This document shows, one piece after another, positions 26,988 through 35,767 of a stretch of DNA of 64,000 nt. The translations under genes were made by a program, and so were the position numbers. This stretch comes from Escherichia phage iGC_PHA_EC001, in sequence record OR437326.1; one strand, written 5' to 3'. The number at the start of each line of letters is the position of its first letter. The stretch's first letter is position 1. Below the pieces are notes generated by a model. The model was not told the DNA's origin and did not search any database. It saw nothing but the letters and a program-made list of their open reading frames with translations.

Positions 26988-27223
26988 TCTACAGCATCAT
27001 GAGTCCTTGCAAAACGCTCCCACAACACAGCATCTACTTTAAGAACCATACAAGGATAAATACTGTCGTTGATCATATCAATGCTATATTTATCTACATC
27101 CTTTTCATCTTCCATAAACAAAGTAGCGTATGCTTCTAAATGCTTACGGGTGTAGTATACATCCTCTTCAGTAAGACCGACAACCAGGTAACTTGCTACA
27201 ACAACAGTATTATCTTCTTGCAT
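26939..27223 (-). CDS. Hypothetical protein
   Basis: Start placed at ATG 27223 (GGGGAG upstream) directly after the upstream stop; the longer listed ORF overlaps the hydrolase gene. Confidence 0.3.
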   Translation of the reverse strand: MQEDNTVVVASYLVVGLTEEDVYYTRKHLEAYATLFMEDEKDVDKYSIDMINDSIYPCMVLKVDAVLWERFARTHDAVECSAVMSQNNILGEIH

Positions 27224-27224
27224 T

Positions 27225-27746
27225 TTAACTCCCCTTTGGTAGATAGAAACCATGCACTTTATCTCGATAAACAAGACGCATATCACGTTCCCAGTGTGTC
27301 CTTATATTCCGTTTCTTGAAGTATAGAGCACCTTTAGTAACATCTAAAACAGACCGCAATTCAGGAAAATGTTTCTCTAAATAAAGTAAACGCTCCGCTA
27401 TTGCTTTTGCTTCCTGCCACTTATCTTTCTCTGTTACGTTAAAAGTTTTCGCATATGAGAATTGTCCTTTCTGGAACAAGACTCCTCTGACTGTGTTAGG
27501 GAAGTAGGTATCATTTCTTCTGTTGATTACCACATTCCCAACGGCATTCATTCCTTTTTTACCCAGACCGCGACCTTCTGCGTAAATTGCACAAGCTAAT
27601 AGAATTTTATCATTATATTGCTTTGTACATTTGTGAACTACTTTAGCGGTTTTTACGTTTGCAGCTTCGGCTTTCGCCACAACAGGTGTAAATGTAAAAG
27701 CAGTTAAGGATAGTAACGCAACTGTTACAAAGTTTTTTATCAGCAA
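27225..27746 (-). CDS. Cell-wall hydrolase, SleB/Hydrolase_2-like, with signal peptide
   Basis: N-terminal LLSLTAFTFTPVVAKA; AIYAEGRGLGKKGMNAVGNVVINRRND..FPNTVRGVLFQKGQFS matches the SleB-type motif; TTG start 7 nt after AAGGAGG. Confidence 0.55.
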   Translation of the reverse strand: MLIKNFVTVALLSLTAFTFTPVVAKAEAANVKTAKVVHKCTKQYNDKILLACAIYAEGRGLGKKGMNAVGNVVINRRNDTYFPNTVRGVLFQKGQFSYAKTFNVTEKDKWQEAKAIAERLLYLEKHFPELRSVLDVTKGALYFKKRNIRTHWERDMRLVYRDKVHGFYLPKGS

Positions 27747-27774
27747 ATTTTGCCTCCTTTTTAAGTTAACGAAT

Positions 27775-27806
27775 TTCTAGTATAACACGATAGAGGCTTT
27801 ATTGCA
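27775..27806 (-). promoter_or_regulatory. Sigma70-like promoter for the cell-wall hydrolase gene
   Basis: On - strand: TTGCAA, 17 bp, TATACT, about 25 nt upstream of the AAGGAGG site. Confidence 0.35.
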
Positions 27807-27807
27807 A

Positions 27808-27827
27808 GAGGGGGATTTCTCCCCCTC
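27808..27827. other. GC hairpin GAGGGGGA-tttc-TCCCCCTC
   Basis: Perfect 8-bp stem, near-identical to the terminator stem at 8677..8695; lies between TerD and the hydrolase promoter. Confidence 0.4.
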
Positions 27828-27845
27828 AAAATCATTTGTTAATTA

Positions 27846-28448
27846 TTATGGACATTCATACCATTCTTTTTTACCACCGAAGGCCATCACCACATCACAA
27901 ATATCCAGACCAGCTTTACCTACACCATATGCTTTCAGCTTCCATTCCCCATCTTCACGAACCAAGGAAGCCACGTGGCAGATTGTGTTGCCAGCTACTT
28001 CAGGAGCCAGGAAGTCAAAATCCAGAATTTCCACATTGCGCTCGGAGTCGAAGATTTTAAGCATACCTTCAGAAGCATGACCAAAACGTTTCAGACCTGT
28101 ATCATCATCAATGGTCAGAACAAAGGCAATCTCTTGTGCATCAGGAGAGATTTTAGCCAGAGTAATATCAATCTGCTCCATGCTGCCAGTTCCATCACGA
28201 ACATCGTCACCAGCGAAGGTAGAACGTTCAGGATCAAACTTGTTAGCATAGCAAACCAGATGACGTGCAGACAGCATTTCAGGATTACCAGCGGCATTGT
28301 GACGACAAACCAGTGCACTTACATCCAGATCCAGTTTAGAATCAGATTTCCAAGAGAATTCCAGGCGCAGTTCTTTCAGAGCCGGAGCAACTTTCTTCAG
28401 GGAAATTTTTTCGCTAGAGCCTTTTTTCAGGGAAATTTTATCAGTCAT
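27846..28448 (-). CDS. terD: TerD-family protein
   Basis: ISLKKGSSEKISLKK, DLDVSALVC and GEWKLKAYGVGKAGLDICDV match the TerD fold (E. coli TerD SLSKGGNVSLSK / DLDASAFLL / GEWKFRAVGQGYAGGLASVC). Confidence 0.8.
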   Translation of the reverse strand: MTDKISLKKGSSEKISLKKVAPALKELRLEFSWKSDSKLDLDVSALVCRHNAAGNPEMLSARHLVCYANKFDPERSTFAGDDVRDGTGSMEQIDITLAKISPDAQEIAFVLTIDDDTGLKRFGHASEGMLKIFDSERNVEILDFDFLAPEVAGNTICHVASLVREDGEWKLKAYGVGKAGLDICDVVMAFGGKKEWYECP

Positions 28449-28463
28449 CTTTTGTCTCCTCTA

Positions 28464-28733
28464 TTATTTAAGTGTAATACCAGTTACAGTCAATTCTACT
28501 TCCAAAAGCTTAGATGTGTTTTGGATTGATACTAATTGTGCATGATGGTTTAGTTCTACAGCAGAATAATCATTTTCCCCATCATCTACTTTTAAATAAA
28601 CAATGATTTCACTAAGGTCTAAACCATTTTCGTCAAATGCATTTTCATAGACGAAAGTATCTCCTACATCCAAATCTTTAATGGTAAGGCATCGTTTATT
28701 TACTTTTTGCTCATCAATTTCGAAGTTTAACAC
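28464..28733 (-). CDS. Hypothetical small protein (paralog of 29755..30033)
   Basis: Shares L-x-I-x-DLDVG-x-TF-x-Y..A..E-x-GLD and a C-terminal VEL-x-VT-x-ITLK motif with its paralog. Confidence 0.35.
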   Translation of the reverse strand: MLNFEIDEQKVNKRCLTIKDLDVGDTFVYENAFDENGLDLSEIIVYLKVDDGENDYSAVELNHHAQLVSIQNTSKLLEVELTVTGITLK

Positions 28734-28962
28734 TTCTTCCTCCTAATGTTATCTCCGGTTTGTATATACGAAGAATTATAGCATTTTCATTTTCTTTGTC
28801 AACCCATTCTTCATAATCGGGCCATACATGAATCTCTACTCTACTTACAATATCTTCCATTCGCACAGTCCCAATGAAATACTCTTTGAGACTGCGCATA
28901 ATGAAAGCTTCTCTCTCGCGCCAATAATTTTCTATGACTTGAGAGGCAAGCTCGTCGATCAT
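28714..28962 (-). CDS. Hypothetical protein
   Basis: 82-aa ORF overlapping both neighbours by a few codons. Confidence 0.3.
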   Translation of the reverse strand: MIDELASQVIENYWREREAFIMRSLKEYFIGTVRMEDIVSRVEIHVWPDYEEWVDKENENAIILRIYKPEITLGGRSVKLRN

Positions 28963-29753
28963 TTTTTAGCACCCACTTTAACAACCCACTCTCCGAACTC
29001 TTCAGATAAGAGTTTGTCATAAAGCTCTGAATCTGTCAAGTCTAAATCTTTAATGCCAATAAAACCAACATTATCATAAGCATTTGCCAGTTCTTTCAGG
29101 AAGCCAAACTTCTCATTACCAACGCCAACCATGAACCAATAAATAGGTTTATTCTTATTCTCTTCGATAAGACGACGAACAGCACTAGGATCACCATTCT
29201 CACCATCCGTCTGGAAGAATACAACACTAGGGGTAACGTCAGCACCTGGTTCAGATACAGCTACAACTTTTTCACGCTCTACAGACACTGTTTCAGTTTT
29301 ACCAAGCAGACGATTAAAGAAGCCTTTCTTTGGAGCCTCCTCTTGTACCACTTGTTTAGTGGTAATATATTTAGTAACAGTGCCAAAATACTCATCGTAG
29401 ATATCCGCCATTACAGGGGCGTAATTTGTTCCACCTCCGATACGAACATTACGCATACATTTACCAACATAGTCATCGTAAACATCTGCTGTTGCTGGAG
29501 TAAGCTCTTGGGAACTCGTATTGAAGGCCCACATATCAATTTGTTGATTATCGTCGAACAGCATACCAAAAGGAAGCAGTTTACCTACAAAATCACTCAC
29601 TACCCCACTAGAATATAGACCATGCATACTACCAGAAATATCTAGAGCACATGCTACACGAAGAACAATCTTACCTTCATTCAGGTTCTTATTCTTTTTC
29701 AGAGAGAAAGCAAGGTTTTCTTGACGTTTTTTCAGGCTGATTTTCTCGGACAT
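28959..29753 (-). CDS. von Willebrand factor A domain protein, TerF/TerY-like
   Basis: MIDAS motif ALDISGSM; N-terminal EKISLKK shared with the TerD gene; 264 aa. Confidence 0.65.
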   Translation of the reverse strand: MSEKISLKKRQENLAFSLKKNKNLNEGKIVLRVACALDISGSMHGLYSSGVVSDFVGKLLPFGMLFDDNQQIDMWAFNTSSQELTPATADVYDDYVGKCMRNVRIGGGTNYAPVMADIYDEYFGTVTKYITTKQVVQEEAPKKGFFNRLLGKTETVSVEREKVVAVSEPGADVTPSVVFFQTDGENGDPSAVRRLIEENKNKPIYWFMVGVGNEKFGFLKELANAYDNVGFIGIKDLDLTDSELYDKLLSEEFGEWVVKVGAKK

Positions 29754-29754
29754 A

Positions 29755-30033
29755 TTATTTCTCCTTTTTAAGTGTAATATTGGTAACTTCTAAATCTACT
29801 TCCACCATATTTGTATCTGGTGGGATGCAATGAGTATAGCCTCGTTGTGCTAGTGATCCATTAATACAAATCGCACTGTTTGTGGAATTTTTAATGAACA
29901 CCAAGTTACGGTAGGTATCCAACCCTGCGTCTTCATAGGCATCATAATACATGAATGTTGCCCCTACGTCAAGATCTTCGAAAGCAATAGGTAAATCTTG
30001 ACTTTTTTCTTCTTGAATATTGAATCTAAACAC
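29755..30033 (-). CDS. Hypothetical small protein (paralog of 28464..28733)
   Basis: Start placed at GTG 30033 (GAGGAGG 5 nt upstream) to match the paralog's length; the listed 30099 start overlaps the upstream gene by 74 nt. Confidence 0.35.
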   Translation of the reverse strand: MFRFNIQEEKSQDLPIAFEDLDVGATFMYYDAYEDAGLDTYRNLVFIKNSTNSAICINGSLAQRGYTHCIPPDTNMVEVDLEVTNITLKKEK

Positions 30034-30589
30034 GCATACCTCCTCTACCAATTTTGAAGCCCAAATCGTAAGCTTCCTTAGTGATCTTTTGTAACTCACT
30101 TATAGGAAGTGTTACAAGAGGATCATCTTCTTCAATTTCCATCTTGTCATCTTCTGTTTCAATGAGAGTATTATGCACTTTGTGATAAGGGTTGTCAACA
30201 CGTTTAAACTTATTCTTTTCTGTGCTGAAAAAACAATCTGGATCTTCTTCACCATCACCCCAACCTTGGTTAGGATCTCCGTCAGATTGTTCTGTAGGGA
30301 TTTCACCTGTAAAGTACTCTTCCAGCACCATAGCGATACCGTCCCTTGGATTTGAGGAATGCATCAAATCACAAACCTTACTCCAATCCATAGCCCATTC
30401 AAATCGTTCACGAACGCCGTTTTCATCCTCCTTTCCAGAGAAAACACAACCATAACTATCATAGTTGCCATACATCTCTTCAATAACAACACCGTCCTTC
30501 AAAAGAAAAAGATAACAAGGTGATCCGTCGAAAGAAGTAGAAAGGGCAGCTTTGCCCGATTCTTTGCACAAAAAGCTAAAACAACCCAT
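30026..30589 (-). CDS. Hypothetical acidic protein
   Basis: 187-aa ORF in operon. Confidence 0.3.
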   Translation of the reverse strand: MGCFSFLCKESGKAALSTSFDGSPCYLFLLKDGVVIEEMYGNYDSYGCVFSGKEDENGVRERFEWAMDWSKVCDLMHSSNPRDGIAMVLEEYFTGEIPTEQSDGDPNQGWGDGEEDPDCFFSTEKNKFKRVDNPYHKVHNTLIETEDDKMEIEEDDPLVTLPISELQKITKEAYDLGFKIGRGGMRV

Positions 30590-30792
30590 TACAAACCCTC
30601 CTTCAGATTATCAAGAGCTATAGTGGTTTCACAAGAGTCTCCATAAGTTTTATGATGTTCCAGAAAAGCTTCGGGTCCACCCCAGTCATTATCTTGCGTA
30701 TTCCAGCCATCAATAAAAGCATCTTCAATGATTGTGATCAGTTCTTGTCGGGTTAACTGGATAATATTAGGATCGTTATCGTAGTTAAACAT
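30589..30792 (-). CDS. Hypothetical small protein
   Basis: 67-aa ORF, start overlaps downstream stop. Confidence 0.3.
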   Translation of the reverse strand: MFNYDNDPNIIQLTRQELITIIEDAFIDGWNTQDNDWGGPEAFLEHHKTYGDSCETTIALDNLKEGL

Positions 30793-30957
30793 CTTCTTCC
30801 TCCTCTAAAATATGGAACCCGTAATTACAATAATCCTGAAAGGTTTCGTGCGCAAGATCTTCTATATCCTCTTGAGACATATCATCTTCAATTTCGATAT
30901 CCACAACCTCATTGCATCCACACCAAGCAGTTTCAATATTCACTCGTAATATTTTCA

Positions 30958-31158
30958 TTACTCCTCCTCCTCCTCATTGAAGTCAATATCTGCAATGAGT
31001 TCGAATTTACGGAAGTTACGACAACCTTCATAAATATAACAATCACGACAAACTGCTAGAACACTTGGGGGATATATACCTCCCATCGGTGCGAATCGTT
31101 TTTCGTCATCATAACGGACACCAATGTCTTCATCAATTATATAGATACGGATTCTCAT
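30958..31158 (-). CDS. Hypothetical small Cys-containing protein
   Basis: 66 aa with CRDCYIYEGC and poly-Glu C-terminus. Confidence 0.3.
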   Translation of the reverse strand: MRIRIYIIDEDIGVRYDDEKRFAPMGGIYPPSVLAVCRDCYIYEGCRNFRKFELIADIDFNEEEEE

Positions 31159-32267
31159 TTACCAAGCCCTCGTTTCACAGCAGCTACCATCCCGTCTTCC
31201 AGAGATTGAACTTCATTAATATAATCAACACGAGCAGCACGGGCTTCCGTATTGATGCGGTTAGTTTCTTCCAACATCTTAACCAAGTTTTCCTGATCGT
31301 GACGCAGAGTTTCAATATCCAACACTTGACGGTTAGCCAGTGCTGCTGCTTCGATCTGATTCTGTGTGGCAAGATCGCTACCCAGTTTAATTGCTAGGTT
31401 AAATTCATCAAGAACGTTATTCTGCGTCTCTGCTGCTTTCATTTGACGTAAGCTCTCGATATACATTGAGAAGTTAGCAGAGTAAGCAGGAATAACATTA
31501 TTTACTATGTTACGCGCAGATCGCATTAAGCTTGCAGAAACTTTTTGCATACCTTGTACACGCGGTCCCATTTGGACACACAGTAGGCGCAATGCTTTTA
31601 AATCTGCAATACGAATCTCCAGAAGATCCAAAGTATCTCGGATCACTTGTCGCTGTTCTACTGCATCTTCTGGAAGAGCAGCCAAAGCTTGTTCTTCTTT
31701 TTCATAGGTTGCTGTTAGAAGCTGCATATCTCGGTTCAAACTTGCAGCATATTGTCCAATAGCTTGATGTAGCTTTTCAAGATATACCAAGGAATCTTCT
31801 TCTTTGCGAATATCCATTTGAAGGTTCTTTACCAACTCTTCAATACGGTTATTAACATTATCAAACTCCCCAAACAGGTCTTCTTTCATACCCATAACTT
31901 TTTTAATGAGTTTAGTAATACCCTTGCTTTGTTTAATAGAGTTTGGATCAAGTTGTTTTGCCTGTTTAATCAAAGCTGTGAGTCGTTCACTCATCTGATC
32001 GCCTTGATTACTACGTTGATGTTTTAATACCTCGGCATTCAAGGAGCGCAAGGTTGTTCCTGCCTCTGCCCCAATCTCTTCGATCTCTTGTCGGGTCATA
32101 GAAGGCAAAACTGGAACTTCTTGCGGTGCCGCTGGTGCATAAACAGGACTGGCATCTAACACGCTTGGAGCGAATACAGATTTACTTGCATCTGTTGTTG
32201 CAGCAAATACGCTCATTTCAGGCTTCTTCTGACCACCAGTAGCTGCTTTTAAAAATGGACTTGTCAT
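31155..32267 (-). CDS. TelA-like toxic-anion-resistance family protein (tentative)
   Basis: 370 aa, all-helical/coiled-coil character; QVLDIETLRHDQENLVKMLEE resembles the TelA C-terminal region as I recall it; sits inside the Ter gene context. Confidence 0.4.
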   Translation of the reverse strand: MTSPFLKAATGGQKKPEMSVFAATTDASKSVFAPSVLDASPVYAPAAPQEVPVLPSMTRQEIEEIGAEAGTTLRSLNAEVLKHQRSNQGDQMSERLTALIKQAKQLDPNSIKQSKGITKLIKKVMGMKEDLFGEFDNVNNRIEELVKNLQMDIRKEEDSLVYLEKLHQAIGQYAASLNRDMQLLTATYEKEEQALAALPEDAVEQRQVIRDTLDLLEIRIADLKALRLLCVQMGPRVQGMQKVSASLMRSARNIVNNVIPAYSANFSMYIESLRQMKAAETQNNVLDEFNLAIKLGSDLATQNQIEAAALANRQVLDIETLRHDQENLVKMLEETNRINTEARAARVDYINEVQSLEDGMVAAVKRGLGK

Positions 32268-32854
32268 TCTTCATTCTCCTCTTCTGCATCTCTTATATAT
32301 GGTGAAACACCGTACTCTTTAGCTACTTTAACCCAATCGTCCCATTTATACAACCATAATTTTCCTTCGGTCCCTTCTTTATCTGATTTCAACCACATAT
32401 TAGGTTGCTTACCTGGGTACATGCGATTAGGTTTACGATTATAACCTCTAACACATCTTGTCGCAAACCTATCTACCAGAACAAGAACATATTTATACTC
32501 GTGGTTCAACGGCTCTTTGGAAGTGGCTTTAGGATTAGCCCCTAATTCTGCTGCCAGTTTTTGCCAATGAGCACCGTGCCTACTAAACTTACCCATACAA
32601 CCATCAATAGCATGAGCAATTTCGTGCTTCATTGTATCCACGATCATATCTCTTGTGGAGTTCTTATGCAAGTGCCAATTTACAACAACAATTTTATCTC
32701 GGTAGTTGCACCAACCGAAAGAGTTATTCACTTTGTTTCTAACACAAGCTTTATATCCTGCTTCACGTAACATGTTGTAGTAAACAGGAAAATCTTCTTT
32801 TATTTCCTGCATCACTTCCCACCACAAGAGTTGCAAGTCTCTCTCGGTATGCAT
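32264..32854 (-). CDS. SprT-like zinc metallopeptidase domain protein
   Basis: HEIAHAI (HExxH) followed by HGAHWQKL, the SprT-like arrangement. Confidence 0.5.
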   Translation of the reverse strand: MHTERDLQLLWWEVMQEIKEDFPVYYNMLREAGYKACVRNKVNNSFGWCNYRDKIVVVNWHLHKNSTRDMIVDTMKHEIAHAIDGCMGKFSRHGAHWQKLAAELGANPKATSKEPLNHEYKYVLVLVDRFATRCVRGYNRKPNRMYPGKQPNMWLKSDKEGTEGKLWLYKWDDWVKVAKEYGVSPYIRDAEEENEE

Positions 32855-32857
32855 AAC

Positions 32858-33451
32858 TTACACCTTAAAAGCGAAATGCGTGGTCGTGGCTTCAAAATCA
32901 GGGCCAGATAAACTTGCACTGAAATCTGAAATATTTGTAATTAAAAAGCTTTTATGCATACCTAACACAGCCACGCTTTCAATATCTTCTACTAACATTT
33001 CAATCATGTTAGAAACATGGCTGAACGTATAGTTTTGTTTTTTGATGGTGTAGAAAGAAAGACTCCCACCTGCTGTATAAGATACCTCTTCAAAATCTTT
33101 AATCGTATATTGTGTGCCATCAGTAAAGAAAATGGTAGCTTTATTAGTAGCACGTTTCTTGTTTTTTGGTCCTTTTTTACGTTTACTGCGAGTAGGCAAA
33201 CCGTTTGGAAATACTGTAGCTACAAATTCTTCAGGAGAAACCTCCTTACCGAAATCATAACCGTAAGAAACAGCGTCTATAAACTCGTCGTCTTCATTTT
33301 TAAAATAATGGAAATAGGGCCAATTTGAGAGATTATCGAGCATCTTATGCTCATCCACAGCAGAGAACGTATCCCTCAAAGCGCGTGTGATTTGCAAAGC
33401 ATTAGGCAAACTTTTAACACCTGTAATGGAAGTACGAATAGAAATTGTCAT
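32858..33451 (-). CDS. Hypothetical protein
   Basis: 197-aa ORF in operon. Confidence 0.3.
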   Translation of the reverse strand: MTISIRTSITGVKSLPNALQITRALRDTFSAVDEHKMLDNLSNWPYFHYFKNEDDEFIDAVSYGYDFGKEVSPEEFVATVFPNGLPTRSKRKKGPKNKKRATNKATIFFTDGTQYTIKDFEEVSYTAGGSLSFYTIKKQNYTFSHVSNMIEMLVEDIESVAVLGMHKSFLITNISDFSASLSGPDFEATTTHFAFKV

Positions 33452-33465
33452 TGTTTTTCTCCTTA

Positions 33466-33903
33466 TTAACGTCGCTTGCTACGAGATGAACTCTTTTTAC
33501 TTAAAGGGCTATTGTAAGATTTGCGAGTTGTATAGCTACTATTTGTTTTAAAAGTTTGTCTCGGCTTTTCATAAGTTTTTATCTCTTGTTTAGGCTTACC
33601 ATAAAAATTAGTTTTCGGTTTAGGTGTATTATAATGCTTATTAATAATCGTTCTGTTATCGTTATAATCCCCACTGTTACGATTACTACCACCACTCATC
33701 ATATGCCCTAACAACATACCTGTAGCAAACTCACCAACACCGCTACTACTAGAACCGCCACCATTGTTGATAATAGTTGTATCTCCGTCAGATCCTTGTT
33801 GAGCGTATTGTTGAGGAGGTTGTTGGTATTGTGCAGGATTTGTTTCATCCTCGCAAGCTGTTAAAAAGATACAACCAATTAAAATCAGGGCTAGTTTTTT
33901 CAT
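33466..33903 (-). CDS. Lipoprotein (Gln/Pro-rich, Gly/Ser-rich, basic C-terminus)
   Basis: Start set at ATG 33903 (GAGGA upstream): MKKLALILIGCIFLTAC has a lipobox L-T-A-C. Confidence 0.45.
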   Translation of the reverse strand: MKKLALILIGCIFLTACEDETNPAQYQQPPQQYAQQGSDGDTTIINNGGGSSSSGVGEFATGMLLGHMMSGGSNRNSGDYNDNRTIINKHYNTPKPKTNFYGKPKQEIKTYEKPRQTFKTNSSYTTRKSYNSPLSKKSSSRSKRR

Positions 33904-34090
33904 ATTTGCTTTCCTCATTTTGACTATTAATACATCTGTGTTTGAAATCTCCAGAGAAGCAATAAAGTTGCTCTCCATCTCGGTATAAACTCACTTTACT
34001 GCCGTTGATTACGCTTGTCAATACAAAAATTACAACAAACAACCCTATTGCAAAACAAATATTTTCAAACACAATCAACAAGTATTTCAT
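33845..34090 (-). CDS. Small membrane protein overlapping the lipoprotein gene start
   Basis: N-terminal hydrophobic LLIVFENICFAIGLFVVIFVLTSVI; 3' end overlaps the lipoprotein start by about 60 nt in another frame. Confidence 0.3.
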   Translation of the reverse strand: MKYLLIVFENICFAIGLFVVIFVLTSVINGSKVSLYRDGEQLYCFSGDFKHRCINSQNEESKYEKTSPDFNWLYLFNSLRG

Positions 34091-34437
34091 TTTAAAAATA
34101 CCTCATCATCAGTTTCATTATCCCAGAAGAACAAATCCCAACCATTCGGATCATTCCATTTGGCTGCTGGAGAAGTCCATATTTGTTCGATATCAATATT
34201 CAAAACTTCACCGTTTCGTTTTGAAACAGCTTTAGTTAATTCCCAACGAGATACAGGCTCTACTTCCCCTGAACCACTCCCACAACAAGCTACCACGTTA
34301 GGAGGCAAATTAATTGGATCTTTGGTCACGATCATAACGCTTACCCCAGGGTAAACTTTTGAAAGATAATCTAAAACGTAATCCACATCACCAGATAAAT
34401 CCCAAACAAGTTCTTGAATTTCATCAAAATTATTCAT
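34087..34437 (-). CDS. Hypothetical acidic protein
   Basis: 116-aa ORF; ATGA overlap with downstream gene. Confidence 0.3.
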   Translation of the reverse strand: MNNFDEIQELVWDLSGDVDYVLDYLSKVYPGVSVMIVTKDPINLPPNVVACCGSGSGEVEPVSRWELTKAVSKRNGEVLNIDIEQIWTSPAAKWNDPNGWDLFFWDNETDDEVFLK

Positions 34438-34479
34438 AAGTCTCTCCTATAAAATAGCCTCCCGAAGGAGGCTCATCTA

Positions 34480-35454
34480 TTAAACAGCAGCTTCTTCTTT
34501 TTCAGGGAAGATAAAGCTTGCAATAACACCAAGAGCTAATGTGCCTAGAACAATCATCAGACTTACGTTAGGGGAAATATCATGCGGGAGGAATGACCAC
34601 TTGGCATGAAGTGTTTCACCGAACGGGTGATACATAAGTTTAGCACCGACAAATACCAGAACCACAGCAACAGCTTTCTCTAAGTGAACCAGATATTTCA
34701 CAGCCACACTTAACACAAAGAAAAGTGCACGTAAACCAAGAACAGCCATCAGCATTGCAGAATAAACTAGCAGAGGTTCTTGTGTCACACCGATCACAGC
34801 CGGAACTGAATCAAAAGAGAAGACAATATCTGTAAGCTCAATAACAAACACACAAAGAAGAGCAGGAGTTGCATATTTAATACCATTCTTAATGGTGATG
34901 AACTTTTCACCATCCAGTGCATTGTGCACAGGCAGAACTTTACCTACTAAACGAACAGCCCAATGCTTAGAGTAATCAATATCCTCTTCTTCGTCACCAC
35001 CTTTGATGATAGCCACGGCAGACCAAGCTACAATCAAACCGAACAACACTTGGACCGACCAATGAAGGTTAAACAAAGCGGTCCCTGCTGCAACAAAAAT
35101 ACCTCGGAAGACAATGGCTCCTGCAATTCCCCAAAGTAAAATCTTATGTTGGAGATGTGTGCTCTTAATTCCAAAGCTTGCAAAAATTGCCATGAACACC
35201 ATCAGGTTATCTACAGAAAGACTCTTTTCCAACACATAGCCACTTAGGAAAAGCGCGGCAAACTCTTTACCATGTTCTACCCAAATGAATGCGTAATATC
35301 CTAAAGCTAAAGCAATCCAAAAAACAGACCAAAGCAAAGCAGATTTAATTCCAATTTCTTTATTCTCTTTATGACCAAAGAAATCAATACCAATAGACAA
35401 TGCTAAAATACCAACTAAAACAACTACATCAATAATGGGGAAACCGAGTTGCAT
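34480..35454 (-). CDS. terC: TerC-family integral membrane protein
   Basis: Multiple TM helices; EKSLSVDNLMVF signature; 324 aa. Confidence 0.8.
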   Translation of the reverse strand: MQLGFPIIDVVVLVGILALSIGIDFFGHKENKEIGIKSALLWSVFWIALALGYYAFIWVEHGKEFAALFLSGYVLEKSLSVDNLMVFMAIFASFGIKSTHLQHKILLWGIAGAIVFRGIFVAAGTALFNLHWSVQVLFGLIVAWSAVAIIKGGDEEEDIDYSKHWAVRLVGKVLPVHNALDGEKFITIKNGIKYATPALLCVFVIELTDIVFSFDSVPAVIGVTQEPLLVYSAMLMAVLGLRALFFVLSVAVKYLVHLEKAVAVVLVFVGAKLMYHPFGETLHAKWSFLPHDISPNVSLMIVLGTLALGVIASFIFPEKEEAAV

Positions 35455-35455
35455 T

Positions 35456-35530
35456 CTTTTCTCCTCTCTTTGCGGGGAACTATTCCCCGCTTCATGTGAT
35501 ATATCTTACTCTTTTTAAGAACTATGTCAA
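35456..35530 (-). promoter_or_regulatory. Promoter plus 5' stem-loop cassette upstream of terC
   Basis: On - strand: TTGACA, spacer, TAAGAT, then hairpin GCGGGGAA-tag-TTCCCCGC, then AGAGAGGAG and ATG; same architecture as the early-region cassettes. Confidence 0.5.
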
Positions 35531-35533
35531 CAC

Positions 35534-35755
35534 TTATTTTGTTGAATGAGAGGAAAAGATTCCTCGTAATACAGCCAGAATAAACGAAACACAAACCACG
35601 GTCCAGAAGGTTACTGGGACAGTGATATCTGCATGACCCATAACTTCAGCAACATAGTTGTAAGCCAGCAACAGTAACCAAGCTGGAATCAAACTAAGCA
35701 TAAAAGCAATAACAAAAAAGCTTACCACTGCAACAATACCTGCAAAAACACCCAT
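35534..35755 (-). CDS. Small two-helix membrane protein
   Basis: 73 aa, two hydrophobic segments. Confidence 0.35.
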   Translation of the reverse strand: MGVFAGIVAVVSFFVIAFMLSLIPAWLLLLAYNYVAEVMGHADITVPVTFWTVVCVSFILAVLRGIFSSHSTK

Positions 35756-35767
35756 ACTAATCTCCTC

